Shown piece by piece: positions 38,065 through 46,610 of a stretch of 64,000 nucleotides of DNA. Both the position numbers and the translations under genes were made by a program. Position 1 is the first letter of the stretch, and every line of letters begins with the position of its first letter. The notes under the pieces are model-generated. The model ran no database searches. It was not told the DNA's origin and saw only the letters and a program-made list of their open reading frames with translations. The DNA comes from Candidatus Eiseniibacteriota bacterium (lineage in GTDB: Bacteria > Eisenbacteria > RBG-16-71-46), in contig CAVQXP010000004.1 of assembly GCA_963717935.1 (NCBI GenBank), positions 320,001 to 384,000 of the forward strand, given 5' to 3'.

Positions 38065-38291
38065 GGTGTCCTCGGTTGCGGTGGAACCTCGGCGCGAGCG
38101 TGCTTGATGACGTCGGCGTGATGGTGGTCGTGCTCGGGGAGGGCGGCGAGAGGCTCTCCTGGCGGATGCTCCCGGGCCCACGATGCGGCCGGTTCTTCAG
38201 GCAGACTCTCGATCGCCTCCAGCAGGCGCGCGCGGAGCGCCGGCATGCGCACCCTCTTCAGTCCCGAAGCTGGCTTCCTCGCGAGGCTCAT
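38061..38291 (-). pseudogene. Short DinB/ClbS-like C-terminal fragment, or a small protein
   Basis: RARLLEAIESLPEE...EHDHHHADVIK resembles the C-terminal helices of DinB four-helix bundles. The stop overlaps the VOC start (ATGA). Confidence 0.45.
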
Positions 38292-38370
38292 GTCTCGTCG
38301 CTGTCGCGCATGTCGCAGCCCATCCGTCCCACACCCACCGCCGCGCCGGTCCGCGCGGTCACGCGTCGAA

Positions 38371-38967
38371 TCAGCCCCGACCTTCCTTCGGAGGGTGCCC
38401 GTTCGCGAAGCGCCAGGCCGCCGGCAGCACGAGCGCGGCCGCCACGGCCTTGATGACGTCACCCGGCAGGAAGGGCAGCAGGCCCGCGGCCAGCAGCCGG
38501 TCCGCCGGCAAGAAGTGCGAAAGCACCGCCAGCCCAGAGACGAAGATCACCGCGCTGCCGAGCAGCATCGCGGCCAGCATCGTGCCGAAGCGCCGGTCCC
38601 AGCCATGCTCGGCGCACATGCCGGTGACGGCCGCCGCCAACGGGAAGGCGACCAGGAAGCCGCCCGTCGGTCCCGCGAACACGAGCGCACCACCCAGGCC
38701 GCCCGCGAAGAACGGCAGGCCCATCGCCCCCTCGATCAGGTAGAGCGTCTGCGCCAGCACGGCGCGCCGCGCACCCAGCGCAGCGCCCGTGAGGAGCACG
38801 GCGAAGGTCTGCCCCGTGAGCGGCACCGGCGACCAGGGCACCGGGAAGGCGATGCGGGCGGCCGCGGCGGTGGCGAGGCTCGCACCGACGACGAGGAGGA
38901 TGTCGCGCAGGACGCCGGCGCGAGGCAGGGCCGCGTCGGCGAGCGTCAGCGTGCGGACGGAGGACAT
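38371..38967 (-). CDS. bioY: Biotin transporter BioY
   Basis: PVPLTGQTFAVLL.GA.LG, G.MGLPFFAGG, GPTGGFL and PFLPGD..K motifs. Confidence 0.95.
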   Translation of the reverse strand: MSSVRTLTLADAALPRAGVLRDILLVVGASLATAAAARIAFPVPWSPVPLTGQTFAVLLTGAALGARRAVLAQTLYLIEGAMGLPFFAGGLGGALVFAGPTGGFLVAFPLAAAVTGMCAEHGWDRRFGTMLAAMLLGSAVIFVSGLAVLSHFLPADRLLAAGLLPFLPGDVIKAVAAALVLPAAWRFANGHPPKEGRG

Positions 38968-39236
38968 GGGCACCTCGGATGAGTGGGGCGGCGGCCGAGC
39001 GGCGCCGGGCGCGGGGGTCACCCGCTCACGCCAGCCCCGCGGCGACGTCGGACCGAAGTGAAGCCGTTACAAGACCGCGCGAACCTAGCACGGTCCCCGG
39101 GGGCGGGCAACAGTCACGAGAACCGGGTCACGTGACATCGTGAGAACGCGGCGGCACCCGTGACCGTCGGGCCCGACTTGCCGCAGCGCGCGGCCCGGGA
39201 GCATGCTCGGGCCGCGCTCGCTGGAGGGAGAGATCG

Positions 39237-39740
39237 ATGCTCACCGCCGAGGACGTGAAACGCCTGCTCGCGCTCGAGCCGCTGGAGCCCGAGGGCGGCT
39301 GTTTCGCCGAAACCTACCGGTCCCGCGGGCTGCTCCTGCCCGGTGCCCTGCCCGGGCAGACCTCGCCACGCCCCCTCGCGACTGCGATCTACTACCTGCT
39401 CGAACCCGGGACGTGTTCGGCGCTGCACCGCCTGCGCGTGGATGAGATCTTCCACTTCTATCTGGGCGACCCGGTGGAGATGCTCCAGCTTGGCCCCGGC
39501 GCGGACGGCCGCGCGCTGCGGCTGGGCGGCGACCTCGTCGCCGGAGAGCGCCCGCAGGCCGTGGTGCCCGCCGGCACGTGGCAGGGCACGCGGCTCGTCG
39601 CGGGCGGGCGCTGGGCCCTGCTCGGCACCACCGTGGCGCCCGGCTTCGACGCCGCCGACTTCGAACTCGGCCGCCGCGCGGAACTGGTCGCGCGCTGGCC
39701 GGCGCACCGGGAGACGATCGAGGCGCTGACGCGCGACTAG
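39237..39740 (+). CDS. Cupin superfamily protein (DUF985/Cupin_5)
   Basis: EGG.F.ETYRS, TAIYYLL, HRL..DEIFHFY.G, VPAG.WQ and VAPGF..DFE motifs. Confidence 0.9.
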   Translation: MLTAEDVKRLLALEPLEPEGGCFAETYRSRGLLLPGALPGQTSPRPLATAIYYLLEPGTCSALHRLRVDEIFHFYLGDPVEMLQLGPGADGRALRLGGDLVAGERPQAVVPAGTWQGTRLVAGGRWALLGTTVAPGFDAADFELGRRAELVARWPAHRETIEALTRD

Positions 39741-39759
39741 GGCCGGGCCACCCGGCCCG

Positions 39760-40410
39760 CTACGGCTTCTGGACCAGCCCCTCGCGGATCGCGAACTGCG
39801 TCAGCAGCGCGACGGACTTGAGGTTCAGCTTGCGCATCAGGTTGGCGCGGTGCGTCTCGACCGTGCGCGTGCTGATGTCGAGCTGCGAGGCGATCTCCCT
39901 GGTCGAGAGCCCCTTCACCACCAACTGCACGACCTCGCGCTCGCGCTCGGTGAGCGTGTCCATCGGGCGCGGCGGAGCCGAGTGGGCCCGCAACAGCTCC
40001 GACAGTTCACGCTGCACCGGCGGGCTGTAGTAGGCGCGGCCGGCCTGCACCGCCTCGATGGCCGCCACCAGGTCCTGCACCGCCGAGTCCTTGAGCAGGT
40101 AGCCGTCGGCCCCGTCCTGCACGGCGCGCGCCACGTACTCGGCATCCGCGTGCATGGTGAGCACCAGCACCTTCACGCCCGGCAGCGTCGCCTTCACCTG
40201 CCGCAGCACCTCGAACCCGTCGGTGCCCGGCATGGTGAGGTCGAGCACCAGCACGTCCACGGGATCCGCATGCAGGAAGTCGAGCGCCGCCTCACCGTCC
40301 GAGACCTCGCCCGCCACCGTGATGCCGGGCTGGGCCTCCAGGATGCGGCGCACGCCGGCCCGCACCAGCGTGTGGTCGTCGGCGAGCAGGATGCGGACGG
40401 GGTCGCTCAC
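39760..40410 (-). CDS. NarL/LuxR-family response regulator
   Basis: ILLADDH, LDLTMP, LTMH, GYLLK and LTEREREV...TVETHRANLMRKL; GTG start overlaps the kinase stop. Confidence 0.95.
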   Translation of the reverse strand: MSDPVRILLADDHTLVRAGVRRILEAQPGITVAGEVSDGEAALDFLHADPVDVLVLDLTMPGTDGFEVLRQVKATLPGVKVLVLTMHADAEYVARAVQDGADGYLLKDSAVQDLVAAIEAVQAGRAYYSPPVQRELSELLRAHSAPPRPMDTLTEREREVVQLVVKGLSTREIASQLDISTRTVETHRANLMRKLNLKSVALLTQFAIREGLVQKP

Positions 40411-41666
40411 GGCATGGCTCCTGTCGGGATGAGAGCTTCCAGCCGGAAGCCCTGTGTGGGCGACGCGGCGATCCTCAGTGTACCGCCAAGGGCGGTGACG
40501 CGCTCGCGCATGCCGAGCAGGCCGAGCCGCGGCGTCGGCTCGTCCGCCGCCCCGCGGCCGTCGTCCTCGATCGTGAGGCGCAGCTGGCGGGCCCCGGCCT
40601 GCAGATCGACGCGCACCTGGCGGGCCCCGGCGTGACGCGCGACGTTGGTGAGCGCCTCCTGCGCCACGCGGTAGATCACGACCTCCTGCTCGGGCGTGAA
40701 GCCGCGCAGGCCCTCGCCGATCGAGAGCGCGACCTCGATGTGCGTGCGCCGGGTGAAGTCCTCGGCCATCGCGCGCAGCGCGGGCAGCAGCCCGAGGTCG
40801 TCGAGCACGCTCGGCCGCAGCAGGTTGCTCAGGTCGCGCACCTGCGCCAGCGCGCGGGCCACCATCTCGCTCGCCTCCTTGCGACCGTCCAGGTCGAGCT
40901 CGATCTTGACGGCGGTGAGCACCTGTCCGGCCTCGTCGTGCAGCTCGCGGGCGATCCGGCGGCGCTCGTCCTCCTGCGCGTGCAGCAGCAGCCGCGTGAG
41001 CTGCTCGAGCTGGGTGGTGCGCATGGCCAGCTTGCGGCGTTCCTCCCCCAGCACCAGGAACAGGGTGCCGATGGTCACGGCCACGATGATGAGCACGTCC
41101 ACGAACACGGTATAGAAGGTCGTGGTGCCGAAGCCGCGCAGCAGCGGGTAGTCGAGATGGTGCAGGGCCCAGAGCAGGAACGACCAGGCCAGGATGAGGG
41201 CGGAGCCGGAACGGGTGGCACGCTGGTGGCGCCAGAACACGATGGAGGTCCACAGGGTCACGGCGAAGAGCAGCAGGGCCGCCGAGGCACCGGCGACCTC
41301 CATGCTGCCGATGCGGTAGACGGCGACGTAGGCCCAGGCCAGGGCCAGGACCCCGAGCCACAGATAGCGCGGGCGCCACACCACGCCCCACGAGAACTGC
41401 ACCGCGGCCAGCAACAGCAGCAGCGCGACGAAGTCGGTGCACACCTGGTGCGCGAAGAGCCAGACGATCTCGCGCTCGACCAGGAACGTCGACATGAACG
41501 CCAGGCGCGCTGCGTAGAACATCCATGCCAGCGACCAGGTCAGGAAGTAGGGCCGGCGCTGGCGGCGCCACAGCCACAGGTAGGCGAGCGCCAGCAGGAG
41601 GGTCAGCACCGTCTGGAAACCCAGGGCGCTGCACTCCACGAAGACACGGTCCATGCGGGCATCCAT
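40407..41666 (-). CDS. Membrane-sensor histidine kinase (HisKA_3, about 7 TM)
   Basis: ERRRIARELHDEAGQ, RP..LDDLGL, QEALTNVARHA, DDGRG and GLLGMRER motifs. Confidence 0.93.
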   Translation of the reverse strand: MDARMDRVFVECSALGFQTVLTLLLALAYLWLWRRQRRPYFLTWSLAWMFYAARLAFMSTFLVEREIVWLFAHQVCTDFVALLLLLAAVQFSWGVVWRPRYLWLGVLALAWAYVAVYRIGSMEVAGASAALLLFAVTLWTSIVFWRHQRATRSGSALILAWSFLLWALHHLDYPLLRGFGTTTFYTVFVDVLIIVAVTIGTLFLVLGEERRKLAMRTTQLEQLTRLLLHAQEDERRRIARELHDEAGQVLTAVKIELDLDGRKEASEMVARALAQVRDLSNLLRPSVLDDLGLLPALRAMAEDFTRRTHIEVALSIGEGLRGFTPEQEVVIYRVAQEALTNVARHAGARQVRVDLQAGARQLRLTIEDDGRGAADEPTPRLGLLGMRERVTALGGTLRIAASPTQGFRLEALIPTGAMP

Positions 41667-41764
41667 CGCGCGGACAATCTAGCGCAGCCATCGCCGTCGC
41701 GTGAACCTGCGGAGGACTCGCGGGCGCCAGCGGCGGCAGGGGGGCACCGGTCCCGCGGTTCCCC

Positions 41765-41801
41765 TTGACACGAGCTATCGGGATGATATCATTCTGACAT
41801 C
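41765..41801 (+). promoter_or_regulatory. SPFH promoter with a palindromic operator
   Basis: TTGACA-N16-TATCAT; palindrome ATGATATCAT (41783-41792) followed by a TGACATC half-copy. Confidence 0.6.
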
Positions 41802-41816
41802 GGAAAAGGAGGTCTC

Positions 41817-42683
41817 ATGTTCCGCGAGAAGAAGGTGCTGGCGTCGTCGGGGTGGCTGATGCTGCTGGTGCTCATCGCCGTGCTCGTGCTGTCCGTCGTC
41901 GGTTTCGCGATGTCCATCCGCGCCCAGCACATGCCCCTGCTGGTGCTGTCGCTGCTCGTGCTGGTGGTGGATGCCATGTGCTTCGGCGGGCTCCAGATCG
42001 TGAACCCGAACGAGGGCCAGGTCGTGCAGCTCTTCGGCACGTACCTGGGCACACTGCGGGACCAGGGCTTCTGGTGGGTGAACCCGCTCACGAACCGTCG
42101 CCGCGTCTCCCTGCGCGTGCGCAACTTCGAGAGCGCGAAGCTCAAGGTGAACGACCACGACGGCAACCCCATCGAGATCGCCGCGGTCGTGGTGTGGAGG
42201 GTCGTGGACACTGCGGAGGCCATCTTCCACGTGGACAACTACGAGAACTTCGTCCACGTGCAGAGCGAGGCCGCGGTGCGGAATCTGGCCACGCTGCATC
42301 CGTACGACGCGCACGACGAGGGCGAGATCTCGCTGCGCGGCAACACCGCCATGGTGGCCGGCCTGCTCCAGAAGGAGATCCAGGATCGTCTCTCCCAGGC
42401 GGGCGTCGAGGTCATCGAGGCGCGCCTCAGCCACCTCGCCTACGCGTCCGAGATCGCCGGCGCCATGCTGCAGCGCCAGCAGGCGGGCGCGATCATCGCG
42501 GCGCGCTCGCGCATCGTGCAGGGCGCGGTCAGCATGGTGGAGATGGCGCTCGAGGAACTGGCCCGCAAGCACATCGTCGAGCTGGATTCCGAGCGCAAGG
42601 CCACCATGGTCAGCAACCTGCTGGTCGTGCTGTGCAGCGGCCAGCACACACAGCCGGTGGTGAACACCGGGACGCTGTACTAG
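41817..42683 (+). CDS. SPFH/band-7 domain membrane protein
   Basis: Two TM helices; [39 protein letters not shown] and SNLLVVLC motifs. Confidence 0.93.
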   Translation: MFREKKVLASSGWLMLLVLIAVLVLSVVGFAMSIRAQHMPLLVLSLLVLVVDAMCFGGLQIVNPNEGQVVQLFGTYLGTLRDQGFWWVNPLTNRRRVSLRVRNFESAKLKVNDHDGNPIEIAAVVVWRVVDTAEAIFHVDNYENFVHVQSEAAVRNLATLHPYDAHDEGEISLRGNTAMVAGLLQKEIQDRLSQAGVEVIEARLSHLAYASEIAGAMLQRQQAGAIIAARSRIVQGAVSMVEMALEELARKHIVELDSERKATMVSNLLVVLCSGQHTQPVVNTGTLY

Positions 42684-42860
42684 CCGGGGCGATTCATGAA
42701 TCGCGTCGCGGGAATGCGAGATGACCGTGGGGTGAAGGTCCTGTGACTGACCGCGGCGCGGTCGGGGCAGTGCGCCCTTTCGAAGAGCGGCCGGTCACGG
42801 GACCACGGCGGACCGCGGTCAGATCGCGTTCGCAGCAGCGGGTCATGAATCCTCCCGGCT
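42682..42860. mobile_element. MITE-like long imperfect hairpin insertion
   Basis: Terminal inverted repeats AGCCGGGGCGATTCATGA / TCATGAATCCTCCCGGCT, several internal paired arms, and TAG on both flanks. Confidence 0.5.
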
Positions 42861-42873
42861 GGTAGGCGGCGGC

Positions 42874-43110
42874 GTGGCGGAGCGCAAGCCGTTCCTGCTG
42901 AGACTGGCGCCGGAGGTCTACGATGTGCTGCACAAGTGGGCCGACGACGACCTGAGGAGCCTGAACGGACAGATCGAGTTCCTGCTCCGCCGCGCGCTCA
43001 ACGAGGCGGGCCGGACGCCACGCGGCGCGGCCGGGGCGGAGCCCGCAGCCCGCCCGGGTCCGCAACCGGACACCCTCCCCCGGCGGAAACGCCCCGGCCG
43101 GGCTCCTTGA
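42874..43110 (+). CDS. Arc-family ribbon-helix-helix DNA-binding protein
   Basis: KPFLLRL...LHKWADDDLRSLNGQIEFLLRRAL; this family commonly follows such SPFH genes. Confidence 0.85.
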   Translation: MAERKPFLLRLAPEVYDVLHKWADDDLRSLNGQIEFLLRRALNEAGRTPRGAAGAEPAARPGPQPDTLPRRKRPGRAP

Positions 43111-43159
43111 CCGCGGCGGCCGACCTGCCGATGCAACCTCTGCCCGGAGGTGCCCCCCG

Positions 43160-44233
43160 ATGCTCTCCCGTGTCCCACGCATGACCCCGCGTCTCGTCCT
43201 GCTCCTGCTCGCGCTGCTGACGGTCCACTCCCCGGCTCCCGCGGCCAGGAGACCCGGCCGGGGGGCCCCTGCCGCGGTCGCCACGGGGCCGTGCGTCCAG
43301 CGCTCCGCGCCGATCCTGGATGACGTGCTGAGCATCGTCGCCGCGAGCCGCGGCAACGCCGCGGACACCGCGCGCGCCTCGGCCGCGCTCGACCTGGCGT
43401 TCGAGGAGGCGGAGCGGCTCGCCGGCGTCTTCGCACCCGGGGAAGGCGCGAGCGAGCTGGCGCGCCTGAACCGCACCGCCACCGAACGGCGCTTCTCCTG
43501 CTCCGCGGACCTCTACGCCGCGCTCGAAGCGGCCATCGCGCTGGCCGACGTGACCGACGGCGCGTACGACCCGACGAACGGCCCCCTCCTGCGCGCGTGG
43601 GATCGGCGCGGCGGCGCGAGCGCGCCCGACGCGGAAGACCTCGCTGCGGCGCGCCTGCTCACGGGCTGGCGCATGCTCACGCTCGATCCCGGCAACCGCA
43701 CGGCGCGCTTCGCCCGGCCGGGCATGGAGGTAGCGCTGGGCGCGATCGCGCGCGGCATCGTCCTCGAACGCGCAGCCGGCCGGCTGCGCGAGCGCGGCAT
43801 CGCGCGGGCCCGGCTCGAGCTCGGCGGCGACGTGCTCGCCTTCACGACCCACGACGCCTGGTCGGCCGCGATCCCCGGCCCGACCGGCGATGGGCGGGCG
43901 GTGATGACGCTCATGCTCTCGAACGGCGCGGTCGCGACCGCGCAGACCGGCCGCAGCGGGAGGAGCCGCGTGCTCGACCCGCGCACGGGCCGGCTGCCGC
44001 CCGGGGAGGTGTCGGTCACCGTGGCAGGACGCTCCGCCCTGCGCGTCCGCGCGCTCGCGGAGGCGCTCCTGGTCATGGGCCGGGACCGCGCCCGGACGTA
44101 CGCCCGCGCTCACCCCGAAGCCGGCGTGCTGTGGCTCGAGCCGCTCGGCGGGGACGTGCGGGCCTGGGCGTGGAACCTCGGCAGGATCGCGCCCGAGCCC
44201 GGCGTGCGCGTCGAGTGGATGACCGAACCCTGA
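43160..44233 (+). CDS. ApbE/Ftp-like flavin transferase homologue (motifs degenerate)
   Basis: Signal peptide; SELARLN, TDGAYDPT.GPL..AW, GGD and DPRTG motifs. Confidence 0.75.
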   Translation: MLSRVPRMTPRLVLLLLALLTVHSPAPAARRPGRGAPAAVATGPCVQRSAPILDDVLSIVAASRGNAADTARASAALDLAFEEAERLAGVFAPGEGASELARLNRTATERRFSCSADLYAALEAAIALADVTDGAYDPTNGPLLRAWDRRGGASAPDAEDLAAARLLTGWRMLTLDPGNRTARFARPGMEVALGAIARGIVLERAAGRLRERGIARARLELGGDVLAFTTHDAWSAAIPGPTGDGRAVMTLMLSNGAVATAQTGRSGRSRVLDPRTGRLPPGEVSVTVAGRSALRVRALAEALLVMGRDRARTYARAHPEAGVLWLEPLGGDVRAWAWNLGRIAPEPGVRVEWMTEP

Positions 44234-44288
44234 CAGGGCGGTACGACGCGCGCTGCCTGGCCCGGTTCCCCGCGCGTCGGCCGGGCGC

Positions 44289-44412
44289 GCGCTGTGGCGC
44301 GCTCGCCACAGCGCACCCGGGCTCGCCGGCCCTCCGCACGCCCGACCCGGGCCGCAACCCCTTGCGCGGCAGCCTGTCGTCCCCGCATCGCACGCATGGC
44401 ACACCCCGTGCT
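44289..44412 (+). promoter_or_regulatory. Sigma54 promoter with a candidate enhancer and IHF-like site
   Basis: TGGCACACCCCGTGCT (44397-44412) has exact GG-N10-GC spacing. Upstream are an inverted repeat GCGCTGTGGCG/CGCCACAGCGC and GCAACCCCTTG. Confidence 0.6.
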
Positions 44413-44460
44413 TTTCCTCTCCGGCGAAGATCCCGCCAGCGATCACCCGCGGAGGTGGCC

Positions 44461-44928
44461 ATGAACACGAGATCGATTGGAAACCGTGCACTCGCGGTGC
44501 TGCTGCTCGCCGCCCTCGCGAGCGCGGCGCTCGCCCCCGCCGCACTGGCGGACCGCAGCCGGGCGCGCTACAAGCGCGGGCGGCCGGCCGGCCACGGCGT
44601 GGTGCGCGTGGTGCATCGCGGGCCGTACCTCATCGAACGCCACTCGGATGCGGAGGCGATCGTCGGCTTCATCGGCGGGCTGGTGGTGGGCAGCGTGCTG
44701 TCGAACGCTCGGCCCCTGCCGCCGGCGTACGAGTACTACGACCCGTACTGCCACCGGCACTTCGTCACGGTCGGGGCCTACGACGAGCATCTGTACGGCC
44801 ACCGGCACCCGCGCTCGGTCGAGGTCGTCGAGGTGCGCAGCGGACGATGCGTGGACACCCTGGACTGGCGCGACGGCCACTGGTGCAGCCGGGACGACCG
44901 CCCGGGGTACGAGGAGTGGGACGAATGA
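44461..44928 (+). CDS. Hypothetical secreted His/Tyr/Cys-containing protein
   Basis: GGAGG RBS, signal peptide, glycine-zipper-like GFIGGLVVG and YYDPYCH...HRHP. Confidence 0.7.
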   Translation: MNTRSIGNRALAVLLLAALASAALAPAALADRSRARYKRGRPAGHGVVRVVHRGPYLIERHSDAEAIVGFIGGLVVGSVLSNARPLPPAYEYYDPYCHRHFVTVGAYDEHLYGHRHPRSVEVVEVRSGRCVDTLDWRDGHWCSRDDRPGYEEWDE

Positions 44929-45143
44929 AGTGACCGGGCTGCGAGCGGCGCGCGCAGGGAAGCGACGCGGCCAGGAGCAGCCCGGATCGAGCGAGTGGGT
45001 CCGAGCGAGCGCGGTTGGAGCTGGGGAGCGTCCAGAGCCGCGCAGCGGGCCCACAGGGACGGGCGGTCGTCCAGCGACGGCCGTCCGTTCGCATGCCACG
45101 AAGCCGGCGCGCCGGACGCCGGGAACCTTGCGCGGCCGCCCTC

Positions 45144-46610
45144 TTACGCCGCGAGCCGCTCTTGCGCGTCGATCGTGGTCTCCTCGGGGCGCAGCACCCG
45201 CGATACGCGTTCGCTCTGCGGCATCGGGTCCCAGGTCTCTTCGACATCCTCGGGGAGCGGGGCGCCGTCCGGCCGCACGAGCAAGCGGCAGAACGGCCGC
45301 CTGAGGTCGTCGGGGTTCGGGCTCACGGACAGCACGACGTGGTTCGACTCCGTGAGCAGCACCGAGCCTGCCGGGTAGAGACCCACGGTTCGCACCAGCG
45401 ACCACAGCACCGCAGGATCGAACTGCACCCGCGTGGGCCCGAGCAGGTATTGCAGCCCCTCGAACGGGGTGTAGGGTCGTTTGTGATAGCTGCGGTGCGC
45501 GGTCATGGCGTCGAAGCAGTCCGCGACCGCGACGATGCGCGTCATGGTGGCCTGGGCCCACTCGTGCCCGACCTCGGGGTAGCCCGTGATGTCGAAATTC
45601 ATGTGGTGCTCGAGGCAGACGCGCATGGCGTCCAGCGTCAGGCTCGAGAGCCCCGGCATGCGGAACATCATCTTCACGCCCTCGAGTGGATGGCGCTGGA
45701 TGAAGCCCCACTCGTCGGGCGTGAGTGCGGCGGGCTTGCGCAGCACGTCGCCGGGCACCGCGACCTTGCCGATGTCGTGCAGCAGGGCGGTCACGCCCAG
45801 GTCGGCGAGCGCCTGGCGGGGCAGCCCGAGGATCTGCCCCATGCTCACCGAGAGCACGCTCACGTTGACGCAGTGGGCGTAGGTGTATTCGTCGTGCTCC
45901 TTCAGCGCGGTGAGCCCCACGATCGAGTACTCGTTCTTCATGATGCTGTCCACGACCGGCTGCACCAGCCGCTTGGCCTGCCGCAGATCAGGCCGCCCGG
46001 TCTGCGCCGCGCGCACCACGATGCGCTTGGTGCCGAGCACCGCGCGCCAGAACACCTTCTTCGCGCGCCCGCGCTCACCGACGGGGTCCCGGTCCTCCTC
46101 GAGCACCCGGGTGAGGTCGTCCTTGTCCAGGTCGGCCGCGGGGACGGGCAGGATGTGCTCGATGCTCGCCTCGACCACCGCCTCGGGCAGCCGTTCGGCC
46201 AGCGTCGCGTCCTCGGCCGCCATGAACAACTGGAGGAAGCGCTCCGTCTCGGCCGGTGTCACGCCCTGCAGGAAGCGCACGCCGCCCAGCGAGCGACGCT
46301 CGAACTCCTCGATGAGCGAGTGATAGACGGTCAGGAGCGACGCGCTCGCCTTGAGGCGCACGCCGTTCAGGTAGAAGTTGTCGGCCACCGCGGCCAGCGC
46401 GACTTCGTCCTCCTCCTCCATCACCTGGAAGAGCACGCCCAGGAACTCCCGCAACTGGTGCTGGAACGCCTGATTCGAGACGTCGTGCGTGCGCGCGGTG
46501 CGCAGCAGCGCCGAGAAACGGATGAGGAGTTGCGGCCCCATCGTGAGCAGGCGCCCGCTGTCGGCGTCGCTGGAAGGCGGCGCTCCGCTGCGCGGCAGGT
46601 TCTCACTCAT
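45144..46610 (-). CDS. HD-GYP domain cyclic-dinucleotide phosphodiesterase with an uncharacterised N-terminal domain
   Basis: DEYTYAH..NV, LLHDIGK, RHP..G, EHH...GYP, VADCFDAMT and YP.GS.V motifs. Confidence 0.9.
   Translation of the reverse strand: MSENLPRSGAPPSSDADSGRLLTMGPQLLIRFSALLRTARTHDVSNQAFQHQLREFLGVLFQVMEEEDEVALAAVADNFYLNGVRLKASASLLTVYHSLIEEFERRSLGGVRFLQGVTPAETERFLQLFMAAEDATLAERLPEAVVEASIEHILPVPAADLDKDDLTRVLEEDRDPVGERGRAKKVFWRAVLGTKRIVVRAAQTGRPDLRQAKRLVQPVVDSIMKNEYSIVGLTALKEHDEYTYAHCVNVSVLSVSMGQILGLPRQALADLGVTALLHDIGKVAVPGDVLRKPAALTPDEWGFIQRHPLEGVKMMFRMPGLSSLTLDAMRVCLEHHMNFDITGYPEVGHEWAQATMTRIVAVADCFDAMTAHRSYHKRPYTPFEGLQYLLGPTRVQFDPAVLWSLVRTVGLYPAGSVLLTESNHVVLSVSPNPDDLRRPFCRLLVRPDGAPLPEDVEETWDPMPQSERVSRVLRPEETTIDAQERLAA

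Noticed and set aside
39050..39170. BirA or other biotin operator upstream of bioY (GTCACGTGAC palindrome, GTTACA)
   Set aside because: No complete two-arm site with proper spacing; short palindromes are expected by chance.
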